Shown here in pieces: positions 40,196-51,770 of a DNA stretch of 60,550 nt. The notes below the pieces were generated by a model that did no database searches, was not told where the DNA came from, and saw only the letters and a list, made by a program, of their open reading frames with translations. Positions within the stretch are counted from its first letter, which is position 1, and each line of letters starts with the position of its first letter. Where the stretch lies: contig NC_068985.1 in the NCBI RefSeq assembly GCF_001194135.2, positions 75,623,957 through 75,684,506 on the forward strand. The letters are read 5' to 3'. Source of the stretch: Octopus bimaculoides. Lineage: Eukaryota. The translations under genes and the position numbers were made by a program.

Positions 40196-40276
40196 AATAA
40201 AGCGGTGGCGAGCTGGCAGAATCGCTAGCATGCCAGGCAAAACTCAACAATATTCAGGAATATTTCTATGGGATAC

Positions 40277-40457
40277 CTAAGTACTAGGTCTACATCCCTC
40301 GCTACGCTGCCGGTAAAAATCTTTGTTAATCATGCATGTACCTTCTTTTAATATTATATTATTATATAATGAAATCTCGTTAGTTACTATGATGACAACA
40401 CTACCTATCTCTATCTTTCACACACACATAATCGCTTTCTGTATCTCTTTCCCACCC

Positions 40458-40492
<35 letters not shown>

Positions 40493-40935
40493 ACCTCTTA
40501 TTCTCTCTCTCTACCTCTTTCTTTCTCTCTCTCTCTCTCTCCCTCACACTGAATTCCTCTCACAAGAACAACAACAGTAACTGCCTATCATAATAGTGAA
40601 AGTCTTTTGTAGAATCTGTGTTGTGTTGTCTCTGTTGCAAGACAGAGACACGCAGACAAACAGCCAAAAACAAACAACATTGTTATATAGTGAAAGTCTT
40701 TTTCATTTTTTTAAAGCTTGCATTGCATTATGTTGACAAACTAGCATTTAAAACTTCCCGTACTTTTTATCACAACTTGTTCGTGGAAATACGGTGACAG
40801 CACTACCTATCTATCTTTCGCACACACTCTTTCTATCTTACTGTATTTCTCTCCTCCCCTTTTTCCTTCCGTCACATATATTTTGTGGCGGACAGACAAA
40901 TGGAAATCAGCCTCGCGTTTGTAATATAGGATTTC
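40277..40935 (+). mobile_element. HINE/DINE-1-like non-autonomous Helitron relic
   Basis: Starts ACTAGG..CCCTCGCTACGCT, has internal (CT)n and duplicated blocks (40391 vs 40794), ends GACAGACA...TAATATAGGAT. Confidence 0.45.
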
Positions 40936-41599
40936 TTTATTTAATAAGTGATTCGCTACATGAAATCCGTAATTCATAGGTTAAGCCTCGTCACATAGTA
41001 TCATGTTGATTCGACTTCAGAGGTGCATTGAATATTCGCTTGTTTGTGGAATGCCCAGCCACTTACTTTGCAAGTTAATCGAACATCTAAATTCCTTTTA
41101 GAAATTGACATCCATCGTCGAGACCGACGGAGAACAACCACTCTATCAGGGTTTATTGGTGCTAAACAAAAATGGTAGTAAATATTATATGTAAGATACT
41201 GTATTGTATATGATATCAATAATGTACAAATAAACTGATCTGTAAACATATATGCTAGGGTTGGTATAACATGTGACAGCTATACAGGATGTGTCTTATT
41301 GTTAATTTTGTAGTTATCACCGGCTAAAATGAGGTCAATGTCTGTAGTTAGTATAAATGAACTACACATGCACGCACACATGCAGACATAAACACACGCA
41401 CACTTAAATGAATATTTACATTTGTATAAGTTAGTGTATGTAAACAAGTAAAATTGAGCGATTTAGAAGTTTGCTAGCATTTACAAGGCTCCATCTTCGA
41501 TTTCACTGCCCAGCTCCATGAGCAAGTAACTTCGCCTCATAGCCTCGGGTTGATCAATATTAGTGAATGGAATATGTTGGTAAAAACAACGCAGAAGTC

Positions 41600-41631
<32 letters not shown>

Positions 41632-41639
41632 GTCAATTC

Positions 41640-42998
41640 AAATAACAAACATTAAAAGTCATTTTTGACTGCGGTTATGCTGGAGCACCGAAGCACCGCC
41701 TTAAAGGGGTTTTTAGTCGAAGAAATCGACCCCAGAATTTATTCTCTGTAACCCCATTATTTATTCTATCGGTATCTTTTGCCAAACCGCTAAGTTACGG
41801 GGATGCAAACACACCAGCTTCGGTTGTCAAGTGATGGTGGACAAACATACACAAAGACACACACAGATATATATATATATATATATATAGCAGACTGTTA
41901 GTCAGACGTTTGTGAATGGCGCTGAACAGAGTCTGGAGCAATTGCGCGAGTGGGTGGACAAACGAAAGGAGGGCATCCAACAAATTTATTGGGAGTTGTA
42001 TGTATGGATCAAAACAGTTTGATTCAAATTAGTTGGTACTCCGAGTTTCAAGCGTGATGCTAACCTTCAGCCATTTTGAATTTGAATGAGAGAAGTTGAT
42101 TGCTATTACTGTAAGTTGGTCTGCAATTTGTCGAGAAATGTCACGGGGTGTCGTAGTTCGATGGTTATATATCAGCGACAACAGTTACTTGGAAAATACC
42201 ACGTAGTGAACAAGAATTCTATTGCGTGGTGTGCAGGAGGAAATCTACCGCATTATGGTCAGACAATCGGTCACGTTGCTGAAGGAGAAGTAAGAAGGGG
42301 TGCTGTGTGCAAGTCTATATTTGTATATGTGATTGTGTGGACGCGCTCATATGGTTTTGTGTGCATGTCTGTATTGATGCGAGCATGCGCATCTGTACAT
42401 GGGCACACACGCCCCCCCTCCACCACACACACACACACACATATGAATGACTATGCGCGCACGCACACATGTGTACACACATACATGCATACACATGCAC
42501 GCCCACACACAAACACATACGTACTCACATGTACAAATGTATATATGCATACACGTATGCACGAATGTACGCATACTTATTAGTGTGCATGCACGTGTGT
42601 ACCCGCGCGCGCTTGCATGCATGAGTATACATGCGCATGACAACCATTGGGGTTGGTTGGTGACGGTGACCTTGGTGCAGGCGGTGCAGGGTAACAGCTG
42701 GTACTAAGGTGGTATATCCGGGTTCTCGGCGGTCAGAGGCTTGAAATTTGCCAGAAGGGCATATAGCTGGTGACAGCAATAAGATAAATCGTATTTCTTG
42801 TTGGTGGATACTGCGGATTGTTGGAGGATATGTAGTTTTTTGTGGAGGCAGAGCCCTCATTCAAATTCAAAATGGGCTGAAGATTACCATCACGCTTGAA
42901 ACACGGACTACCAACTAATTTGAATCAAACTGTTTTGATCCATACATGTATTTCCCAATAAATTTGTTGAGTGCCTTTCTTTTGTTTGTCCACTCACT

Positions 42999-43074
<76 letters not shown>

Positions 43075-43220
43075 TATATACGACGGGCTTGTTTCCGTTT
43101 CCCTCTACCAAATCCACTGCCAAAGCTTTGGTCAACCAAAGGCTATAGAAGAAGACACTTGTCCAAAGTGTCACGCAGTGGAACTGAACCACGAACCTTG
43201 TGGCTGGGAGCAAGCGCTTA
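41640..43220 (-). mobile_element. SINE-C split by an inserted MITE
   Basis: Tail module at 41640-41860 and head module at 43080-43220, both minus strand, separated by (TA)n and the 41947-43000 element. Confidence 0.75.
41947..43000. mobile_element. ~1.05-kb non-autonomous TIR transposon with ~145-bp TIRs
   Basis: 41947-42089 is the reverse complement of 42856-43000, including an identical core ATGTATGGATCAAAACAGTTTGATTCAAATTAGTTGGTA; right end abuts TA. Confidence 0.85.
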
Positions 43221-43510
43221 CATACATACATACATACATACATGCATACATGCATGCATGCATGCATGCATACATGTTTATATATGTATTGTTTATGTAT
43301 GTATGTGTATCTGTGTTTATGTTTACGGAATGAAAGAAAGATAACGTAGTTTATGCTAGTATTCCGTTAAGTCACATAAATCAAAGACTGAAAAACTCTT
43401 GAAGTCATTTCTCCAGTGTGGCCGAAATCCAATGATGAAACTAGTTGAGTGACTCCATTATATTTCTGGGGTTATACCACAAATATTTTCAGTAAAATAG
43501 AAGTTTTGTC

Positions 43511-45037
43511 GGATCTTTTTCGTTTCTCCCAACAAAAATTTTAATCTGAAAATATTCAAAAATTGCCCATTGGATATAGTTTTGCTTGTTGATGATGAAT
43601 ACCGCAGTCATTATTTCGAAAACTTTATAATAAAGAAGTTAGAAGTATTTAAATTTACGTATTTTTAACCAATGAATTTCAAGTCAGTGTCCTCACAGCA
43701 GAACTCGAAACCTTTTGTTGTCATGGCAACACCCGTGTATCATTGTTTACTCTTACTACTGTGGGTGAAAGAATTAACAACCACTAGGTTTTGTAAGGTG
43801 TAATTAGGGACTGGTATCTCTACTGCAATAGACTATAAAAACTTTATACGGGAGATCAGCGCGGAAAATTTGCTCCACAATCCAATGAAGATTGTTAGTG
43901 GTCCCGGCAGAATTGGTGAAATAGATGAAACTATTTTCACTCCGAAAAAACAAAAACCAGGGTTCGAATGCTACCTGGACGATGGGTTTTCGGTGGTGCG
44001 TGAGTCACAGAACTTGAGAAGTGGTTTTTTTTTCTTTTTACTATGCCCTCGAGATTGTGACACACCCGAAGATTGCATTTGACTATCAATTCTGCTGAGA
44101 ACAACTTCTTACAGTGACATGTGGTGTGCATACCAGTATATTCCTGAGATACCCGGGTGCCTATTCCGCCATAGAACAATGATATACAGCGTTGAATTTG
44201 TAAACTCACCAGACGGGATCCTTACTCAACAAATAGAAAGCAATTGAGCCTGTCTTAAGCGAGGGAATGAACGGCGCTGTAGCACACTTCGTTCTACAGT
44301 GGACTTCTTATCACTGCGAGTTTATGCGGAACCGCAAGTACGAAAAGTGTAATCTCTTCGATAAAAATATTGTTTTATTTCATCATTGCTTTCTTTTATT
44401 CCATGTGTTTCCGTCTCATTTTGGTTGTTATTTCTAACTGGTCCAAAGTAATACTTGCGACTACGGCAATAATATCATTATTCTAATTGTATATAAATAC
44501 AAATTTTTAAATAGTTGGAAGAAAACGAAAAATATGTTCATTTTCTTTCTTTTCATTTCATGTAAAAAAAACAATTATTCATTATTTCAAAATTATTTTC
44601 TTTTATTAAATTATTTTTAAAACAAAAGAAAACACTATAAAAATGTTTTTATTCCTTCTCTTAATATTTTCTTTATTCAAGTGTCTTTAATGTTTTCAAT
44701 TTTAATAATTCGTCTTTCTTTCAATTTCTACGGTTCATTTTTCGTTTTGTATTTTCAAAAATTCGTATACGGTTTTGTGGATAAACACCAATATACTAGG
44801 CTGCCATGGGAACAACAGTTTCAACTTCCGCTTGTGAGGACACTGGACTTATTTTATTGGCTAAAGTTACGTAGCTTTAAATGCTTCTAACTTCTTTACT
44901 GCTCATTTTTCGAAGAAATAAATATGAACGCAAATTGCGTCATCAGCATGCAAAACTACATCAGCATGGAAAATTTGAAAACAATCCATAGAAAATTTTA
45001 AAATCTTCCAATGGCTGAAAGAAAACGAAAAAGATCC
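43511..45037 (+). mobile_element. Merlin (IS1595-like) DNA transposon, decayed, with TIRs and TSD
   Basis: Ends GGATCTTTTTCGTTT / AAACGAAAAAGATCC; long imperfect TIRs; 8-bp TSD GTTTTGTC / GTTTTCTC; GPGRIGEIDE, SDMWCAY and TQQIES (DDE) at 43870-44370. Confidence 0.9.
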
Positions 45038-45515
45038 GTTTTCTCTGTATAATTGAACTATTCGGAAAAACATGGTGTACATGTGTGTGTGTACACCATG
45101 TTTTCTCGAGTAGTTCAATTATACATACATACATACAAACATACATATATATATTGTTTAATTTTAAAATAATGCAATCGTATGCTTAATCTTTTAATAG
45201 GATAATCATGAGCTCCCAGACTAATGAGATTATTGAAAGTGGTATTCAGTTTGAACAAGCCAGTGTTACCAGAAAAATTGTAAGCCAGGGAGAAATTCCA
45301 AAGAGAGATAACTTGGAGAAAGTGTTTGGCAAAATGTTTAGTGCTGAGTCTGAGAGTTATGACTAAGAAGAAAAAAGATANNNNNNNNNNTTTAAAATAT
45401 CTTTTTCGTGTTGCAACGTTTTCGAGTTAAGTGGCATTACTCGAAACCACTTACCGATTTAAGTTGAGGTATGTCTATATTTAATTCACTGGAGCAGAAG
45501 ATATTGAAATGTCGA

Positions 45516-45707
45516 TTTCAAATTTTGGTACAAGGCCAGTGATCATGGGGAAAGGAGTAAGTCGATTACATCGAGCCAAGTACTGAAGTGGTACTTATTT
45601 CATCGACTTCGGAAGGATGAAATGCAAAGTCGAACTCGGCAGAATTTGAACTCAGAACGTGAAGACAGACGAAATACCGCTAAGCATTTTGTCTGACGTG
45701 CTAACGT
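45516..45707 (-). mobile_element. SINE-A
   Basis: Reverse-complement SINE-A; head abuts (TAA)n at 45708-45801. Confidence 0.85.
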
Positions 45708-45726
45708 AATAATAATAATAACGATA

Positions 45727-45769
<43 letters not shown>

Positions 45770-45801
45770 TAACAATAATAATAATAATAATAATAATAAT
45801 A

Positions 45802-46110
45802 AACACTACAAAATCAGCACTCCTGCACTCCTGCACACTGGTATGAACATCATCCTGAACCAGGCATTGAAAGTAAAAATGTCACTATCCTCTGAGATTT
45901 TCCAGCCAACACTGACAGAACGACCCAGGCTAATTGACCAGACATAATTATTAAAGACAGGGAAGAAAATACTTGTAGACTAATAGATGTAATTGTTCCT
46001 ATTGATTAAAATATATGTCAAGGAATTTGACAAACTTAGAAAAAAATAAGAACCTGGAAATTGAAATACAAAAGATGTGGCATCTAAAAACGAGATTGTA
46101 TACTGTGCGA
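45802..46110 (+). mobile_element. R4/Dong RLE endonuclease fragment
   Basis: HWYEHHPEPGIESKNVTIL*DF...AN*PDIIIKD...LIDVIVPID...KEFDKL..NLEIEIQKMWHLK (PD-(D/E)xK-type motifs). Confidence 0.85.
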
Positions 46111-46139
46111 CGTCTATAATGATAATAATGATAATAATT

Positions 46140-46349
46140 CTTTATACAATAGACACAAGGCCTGAAATTTGGGGGAGGGGTGGTCGATTACGTCGACTCC
46201 AGTACTCAACTGAAACTTAATTTATCGACCTCGAAACGATGAAAGGCAAATTGAACTCGGCGGAATTTGAACTCAGAATGTAGCGGCAGACGTAATACCA
46301 TTAGACATTTCGCCCGGTATGCTAACGATTCTACCCGCTTGTCATCTTA
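46140..46349 (-). mobile_element. SINE-A
   Basis: Reverse-complement SINE-A; head abuts (AAC)n/(AAT)n at 46350-46423. Confidence 0.85.
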
Positions 46350-46384
46350 ATAACAACAACAACAACAACAACAGCTACAGCAAC

Positions 46385-46423
<39 letters not shown>

Positions 46424-46425
<2 letters not shown>

Positions 46426-46611
46426 AGACAGACAGAAAAATCCCAGCAATGGTTGAGAAGCTCAGGACTCAAAGCAGAGACTGAAGGATTTTTAATTGCT
46501 GCACAAGACCAAAGCCTCCCTACCAGAAATTACCAAACACATACAATGAAAAGAAACATAACAAGTAACTGCAGAATATATGGCGATGGACAAGAAACAA
46601 TAAATCATATT
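46424..46611 (+). mobile_element. R4/Dong zinc-knuckle-region fragment (runs into gap)
   Basis: WLRSSGLKAETEGFLIAAQDQSLPTRNY...CRIYGDGQETINHI. Confidence 0.9.
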
Positions 46612-47251
46612 NNNNNNNNNNNNNNNNNNNNNNNNNNNNNNNNNNNNNNNNNNNNNNNNNNNNNNNNNNNNNNNNNNNNNNNNNNNNNNNNNNNNNNNNN
46701 NNNNNNNNNNNNNNNNNNNNNNNNNNNNNNNNNNNNNNNNNNNNNNNNNNNNNNNNNNNNNNNNNNNNNNNNNNNNNNNNNNNNNNNNNNNNNNNNNNNN
46801 NNNNNNNNNNNNNNNNNNNNNNNNNNNNNNNNNNNNNNNNNNNNNNNNNNNNNNNNNNNNNNNNNNNNNNNNNNNNNNNNNNNNNNNNNNNNNNNNNNNN
46901 NNNNNNNNNNNNNNNNNNNNNNNNNNNNNNNNNNNNNNNNNNNNNNNNNNNNNNNNNNNNNNNNNNNNNNNNNNNNNNNNNNNNNNNNNNNNNNNNNNNN
47001 NNNNNNNNNNNNNNNNNNNNNNNNNNNNNNNNNNNNNNNNNNNNNNNNNNNNNNNNNNNNNNNNNNNNNNNNNNNNNNNNNNNNNNNNNNNNNNNNNNNN
47101 NNNNNNNNNNNNNNNNNNNNNNNNNNNNNNNNNNNNNNNNNNNNNNNNNNNNNNNNNNNNNNNNNNNNNNNNNNNNNNNNNNNNNNNNNNNNNNNNNNNN
47201 NNNNNNNNNNNNNNNNNNNNNNNNNNNNNNNNNNNNNNNNNNNNNNNNNNN

Positions 47252-47450
47252 AGGATAAATAATCCAGAATCCTTGTCTACTACCGAATTCATCCTATAAT
47301 CTCATCATTTCGTGCTAGTCATGAAACTAATCATCCCTGAAAGTTTCATCCGAATCCATCCAGCGGTTCTTGAGATATCTTATCCAAGGACAAACAAATA
47401 AACACGAGTGAAAACAATACCTCAGCGTTCGCTAAAGCGGAGGTAATAAT
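47252..47450 (+). mobile_element. Helentron-associated (HINE-like) 3' end
   Basis: AAGTTTCATCCGAATCCATCCAGCGGTTCTTGAGATATC...GAAAACAATACCTCAGCGTTCGCTAAAGCGGAGGTAAT, with a terminal hairpin. Confidence 0.6.
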
Positions 47451-47461
47451 AATAATAATAA

Positions 47462-47680
47462 TAATCCTTTCTACTGTAAGCACAAGGCTTGAAATTTTTG
47501 AGAAGGGAACTAGTCGATTACATCGACCCCAGTGTTTTCACTGGTACTTAATTTATCGAACCCGAAAGGATGAAAGGCAAAGCCGACCTCAGCGGAATTT
47601 GAACTCAGAACGTAGCGGCAGACGTAATATCGTTAAGCATTTCGCCCAGCATGCTTACGATTTTGCCAGCTCGCCGCCTT
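47462..47680 (-). mobile_element. SINE-A flanked by (TAA)n
   Basis: Full reverse-complement SINE-A. Confidence 0.9.
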
Positions 47681-47686
47681 TATTAT

Positions 47687-47733
<47 letters not shown>

Positions 47734-48636
47734 TAGCAATAATAATAATTAATCCATAGCTGTGCGCCTACAAAGCTCAATAACGTGAACTGCAGTAAAA
47801 AAAAAAAAAAATGAAGAATCTAACGTTTCGAAACGTTGTTCATCATCTAAAAGTGAGGAGAAGTAAGAGAGAAAATTATATTTTCACAACGAATGTGCGT
47901 TAGTCAGAATAGCTGGTGAGAGTTAAACAATGAATCTCTTTCTATTATCAATGATATTCCCTTGGCTTTTAGCTGTAGTATTCATAACATTTCAATAGAA
48001 ATATTTCTGTGCAGATTTTATAGAAAATATAAAAATAATAGCAATAATAGAAAGCAGTAAAATACCCAATTAATGTGGGTTATGATTCAGTCTAACTTCT
48101 CAGAAAATACAACTGACATATGTGAACAATCATATGGAAGCGAAAATATGAATATAATTGAGGATAAAATTTGTCCAGCCATGCAGAAGAGATGTTATTG
48201 TTCGATATTAAAATAGCTATTTAGCAAGCTGTGGCCACCACGAGGTAATCATTTCACTTTTCCAACATCACACCAAATAATTATTTATTATCTACGAATT
48301 ATGAAAAGACATGAAAGTAGGTTCAAAAATTGTTCTGCTTGGCAGCCTCTAATCAATGACCCTTATATGGGGGAAAGGATATTTACATGAATAGAATGTC
48401 ACTTGTTGGTGCAGATAAAGCCTTCCTTTTGTCATTTTTACATCCACTGCTTCACTTTTTTCTTTTCCTTTTTTCTTTTCCTTTTTTCTTTTCATCCCCT
48501 TCAATTTTTTTCTCTACTTACCTTTCCTCTTACCTCTCATCCACGCTCATATTAATTAATGTAATATAAGGTAGAAAACAGCAGATCCAAAGAAGACGCT
48601 AACTTAACTGCTGGACATTTATGATTCCACATAGAT

Positions 48637-48710
48637 CAGTGGTTTTCAACAACTTTTTACCTATGGACCCCTTTGATTAGTATTTTATTCTTTGATTAGT
48701 ATTTTATTCA
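48637..48710 (+). mobile_element. hAT-like MITE end
   Basis: CAGTGGTTTTCAAC start; a related CAATGGTTCTCAACTGGGGTCC at 50845. Confidence 0.5.
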
Positions 48711-49220
48711 TAGACAATGCGAGAAGATGTTTAAGTAATAATTATTGTAGAGAAGATATGAAAAACAGAGGGAATTGAAGGAATGAAAATGTATATATAT
48801 ATATATATATAATGTATACTGCTTTATATAGAAATTGCTAACACAAACAATACTCACAAACAGACTAGAGTTGTAGTGCTCAAATTGAGCTAAATTTCTC
48901 TTATAATTCGAATGGAGGCAAAGTAAGGGGAAAACTAAAGGAACATGACCAATTATCGAGCAGAAGATTCAATATATGTGTGTATATTCTTCCATATTGA
49001 TAAAACAATATAAAAGTTCCAAATAATACAAGTATAAAATCATTCATTGACATACGAACACGTAAATATATAAAAATACGTTGACATTTAAAAATATATG
49101 AATATATAATACATATATAGATACATAAATAGATATGAAAAAATCGATATGGAATAACCCACAGTGAATTATAAATTCATACGATATGGTATTATGAAAT
49201 AAAATTTTAAAAGTTACAAT

Positions 49221-49264
<44 letters not shown>

Positions 49265-49619
49265 NNNNNNNNNNNNNNNNNNNNNNNNNNNNNNNNNNNN
49301 NNNNNNNNNNNNNNNNNNNNNNNNNNNNNNNNNNNNNNNNNNNNNNNNNNNNNNNNNNNNNNNNNNNNNNNNNNNNNNNNNNNNNNNNNNNNNNNNNNNN
49401 NNNNNNNNNNNNNNNNNNNNNNNNNNNNNNNNNNNNNNNNNNNNNNNNNNNNNNNNNNNNNNNNNNNNNNNNNNNNNNNNNNNNNNNNNNNNNNNNNNNN
49501 NNNNNNNNNNNNNNNNNNNNNNNNNNNNNNNNNNNNNNNNNNNNNNNNNNNNNNNNNNNNNNNNNNNNNNNNNNNNNNNNNNNNNNNNNNNNNNNNNNNN
49601 NNNNNNNNNNNNNNNNNNN

Positions 49620-49778
49620 NTTGCCACTCTACTGCTGTGGACACATATTTTATTTTCGTTGACCCTGAAGGGATAATAGGCAAAGAGGACCTCAGAGGAA
49701 TTTGAACTCAAAGCTCAGTGAAACGGAACGACGCAAGACATTTTGTCCAACGCCTAAACGATTCTGATAATTCACGGC
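49620..49778 (-). mobile_element. SINE-A, partial
   Basis: GGCAAAGAGGACCTCAGAGGAATTTGAACTCA...AAACGATTCTG. Confidence 0.75.
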
Positions 49779-49897
49779 CTGCTGTAGCAGCTGATGTTGC
49801 CCCTACTGTAGCAGCTGATGTTGCCCCTACTGTAGCAGCTGCTCGTACTGCTGCCCGCACTGCTGCCCGTACTGCTGCCCGTGTCGCTGCCCGTGCC

Positions 49898-49928
<31 letters not shown>

Positions 49929-49932
49929 ATGA
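49779..49932. repeat. Compound minisatellite: 24-bp x2.6, 12-bp x5, (CTG)6, (ATG)4
   Basis: Units read directly from the sequence. Confidence 0.9.
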
Positions 49933-49999
49933 AACGTGTTCCAGCTATGACCACTTCGCCTTATACGATTATGCAAGAACACGTTAAATAATTTTTTTA

Positions 50000-50650
50000 A
50001 GGCGATGGAGAGTGATTTGATAGTAATTTGGCTGCTGTTTCTAAAAGATTGAATGGCCATGCAGAATCTTGCTAAGGTTGTTGTTGTTGTTGCTGTCGTT
50101 GTTGTTAAATCTTAGAACAGCTAAGATCGAAGAGATTTATGATCAAAAGCCATGACCATCACGATTTGATAAAACGATCTTGGGCTATAGTATCTAAGAT
50201 ATTCCATAGCTCTTGTAGACGGTACGGTATGATCTGAGGAAGATTTGGCTGTAGTTTTTAGCAGATTGAGTGGTTACGTTATTATTGTTGTTTAGCCCAA
50301 GGTCAATTCTGATTCATTAATTAGACATGCGTTCAAAGAAATCCCAACCGGGATAATTCCGTCATTTAGCCACATAGAGGTGTGTCTGGGATCAAATTAT
50401 TCACTGACACATGCCTACTTTAAAGACAGTTAGATGTGTTTTGAGGAAAATTTGGTTGCTATTTCTTGGAGAGCGAGTGACTACATTTAGACTTCCTCAT
50501 TGGTTCGGTGAAGCTGCTACTATTGCCATTGTAGTTGTTGCTACTATTCTGATAGTTGATAAGCCAAAGATCAACTCTAGTTGAACAGTTCTACTTCCAA
50601 GATATTTCAACTATGATCATCTTACTTTCTTTTTTATCTTTATTCAAATT
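50000..50650 (+). repeat. Cluster of 3-4 copies of an unclassified interspersed repeat (also near 27180, 35380, 52130)
   Basis: Shared motifs TTTAGCCCxAGGTCA, TATGATCAAA and GATTTGAGGAAGATTTGGCTGCTATTTCTAGCAG. Confidence 0.65.
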
Positions 50651-50959
50651 CCTTTGCAACCAGAACTACATTGCCTAATGATGTAGCAAGAGTGTGTGCC
50701 GTCCGGGGAAGCACTTGGGTTTGCCGGTCATCTAAGCCTATAAAGGCTTATAAAGCAAACTCGAAAGTGCGTACCTCATAAGTGTCGCCCAGAGCCGACC
50801 ATAACCTCATCCCAACCCCGTTCTAGCTATGTTATTGCCTAATGCAATGGTTCTCAACTGGGGTCCATTTAAGATTTTGTTGTTAAAATTTATATCTAAT
50901 AAATTGGTCATACTTCTATAATGCACAAAATATTTTATTTTAATTATACAATGTAGATG

Positions 50960-51335
50960 CGGGCGTGGCTCTGTGGTATGAAGCTTGCTTCCCAACCACA
51001 TGGTTCGGAGTTCAGTTCCGCCGCGTGGCACCTTTGGTGTCTTCTGCTATAGTTTCAAGCCAACCAATCCCTTGTGAGCGGATTTGGTAGACGGAAACTA
51101 AAAGAAGCTTGTGGTATATGTCTGTCTGTCTGTGTTTGTCCTCCCACCACTGCTTGACAACTGGTGTTGGTATGTTTACGTCCCCGTAACTTACCAGTTC
51201 GGCAAAAGAGCCGATAGAATAAGTACCAAGCTTTTAAAGCATAAGTACTAGAGTTAATGCATTCGATTAAAAATCCTTCACGGTGTTGCCCCAACACGGC
51301 CGCAATCTAACGACTGAAACTTGTAAAAGATAAAA
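50960..51335 (+). mobile_element. SINE-C, full length
   Basis: GGGCGTGGCTCTGTGGTATGAAGCTTGCTTCCCAACC to CTGAAACTTGTAAAAGATAAAA. Confidence 0.85.
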
Positions 51336-51466
51336 TTCTTGATATTTGATTATAAAAATATATTAGGATTTTTTGCTCGATGGAATGGCTTTGAAGGTCA
51401 CCCGAGTAAAATTAAAATCTAAGGTTATAAGTGATTGAGAACAACTGGCCTAATGTGTCTTTCTGG

Positions 51467-51770
51467 GGATCTTTTTTGTTTTCTTCAAACCACTGGTATT
51501 TTATCATTTTAATTCGAAAATTTTCAAATCTATTTTTAATGTAGCTTTACTTGCTGATAACAAAATCTGCATTCTTTTTTTTTTTTTTTTCGAAAAAGTA
51601 ATGATAATGAAGTTAAAATCTTCTAAAGTTACGTGTCCTCACAGTAGAAGTGGAAACTGTTTGTTGTCATGGCAACTCCAGTGTGTATCGTTGTTTACCC
51701 ATACTGCTGGCTGAAACAATTGACAACTACTAGGTTTTGCGCGGAGGATTTAGGGACTAGCACCACAACC
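51467..51770 (+). mobile_element. Merlin left-end fragment
   Basis: GGATCTTTTTTGTTT start; 51635-51760 aligns to 43688-43815; no right TIR seen. Confidence 0.7.

Noticed and set aside
49917-49945. CTGATGA...GAAAC hammerhead-like string (similar partial matches at 7893, 26367, 27355)
   Set aside because: No helix II, or GAAA missing; arises from (ATG)n or other repeats by chance
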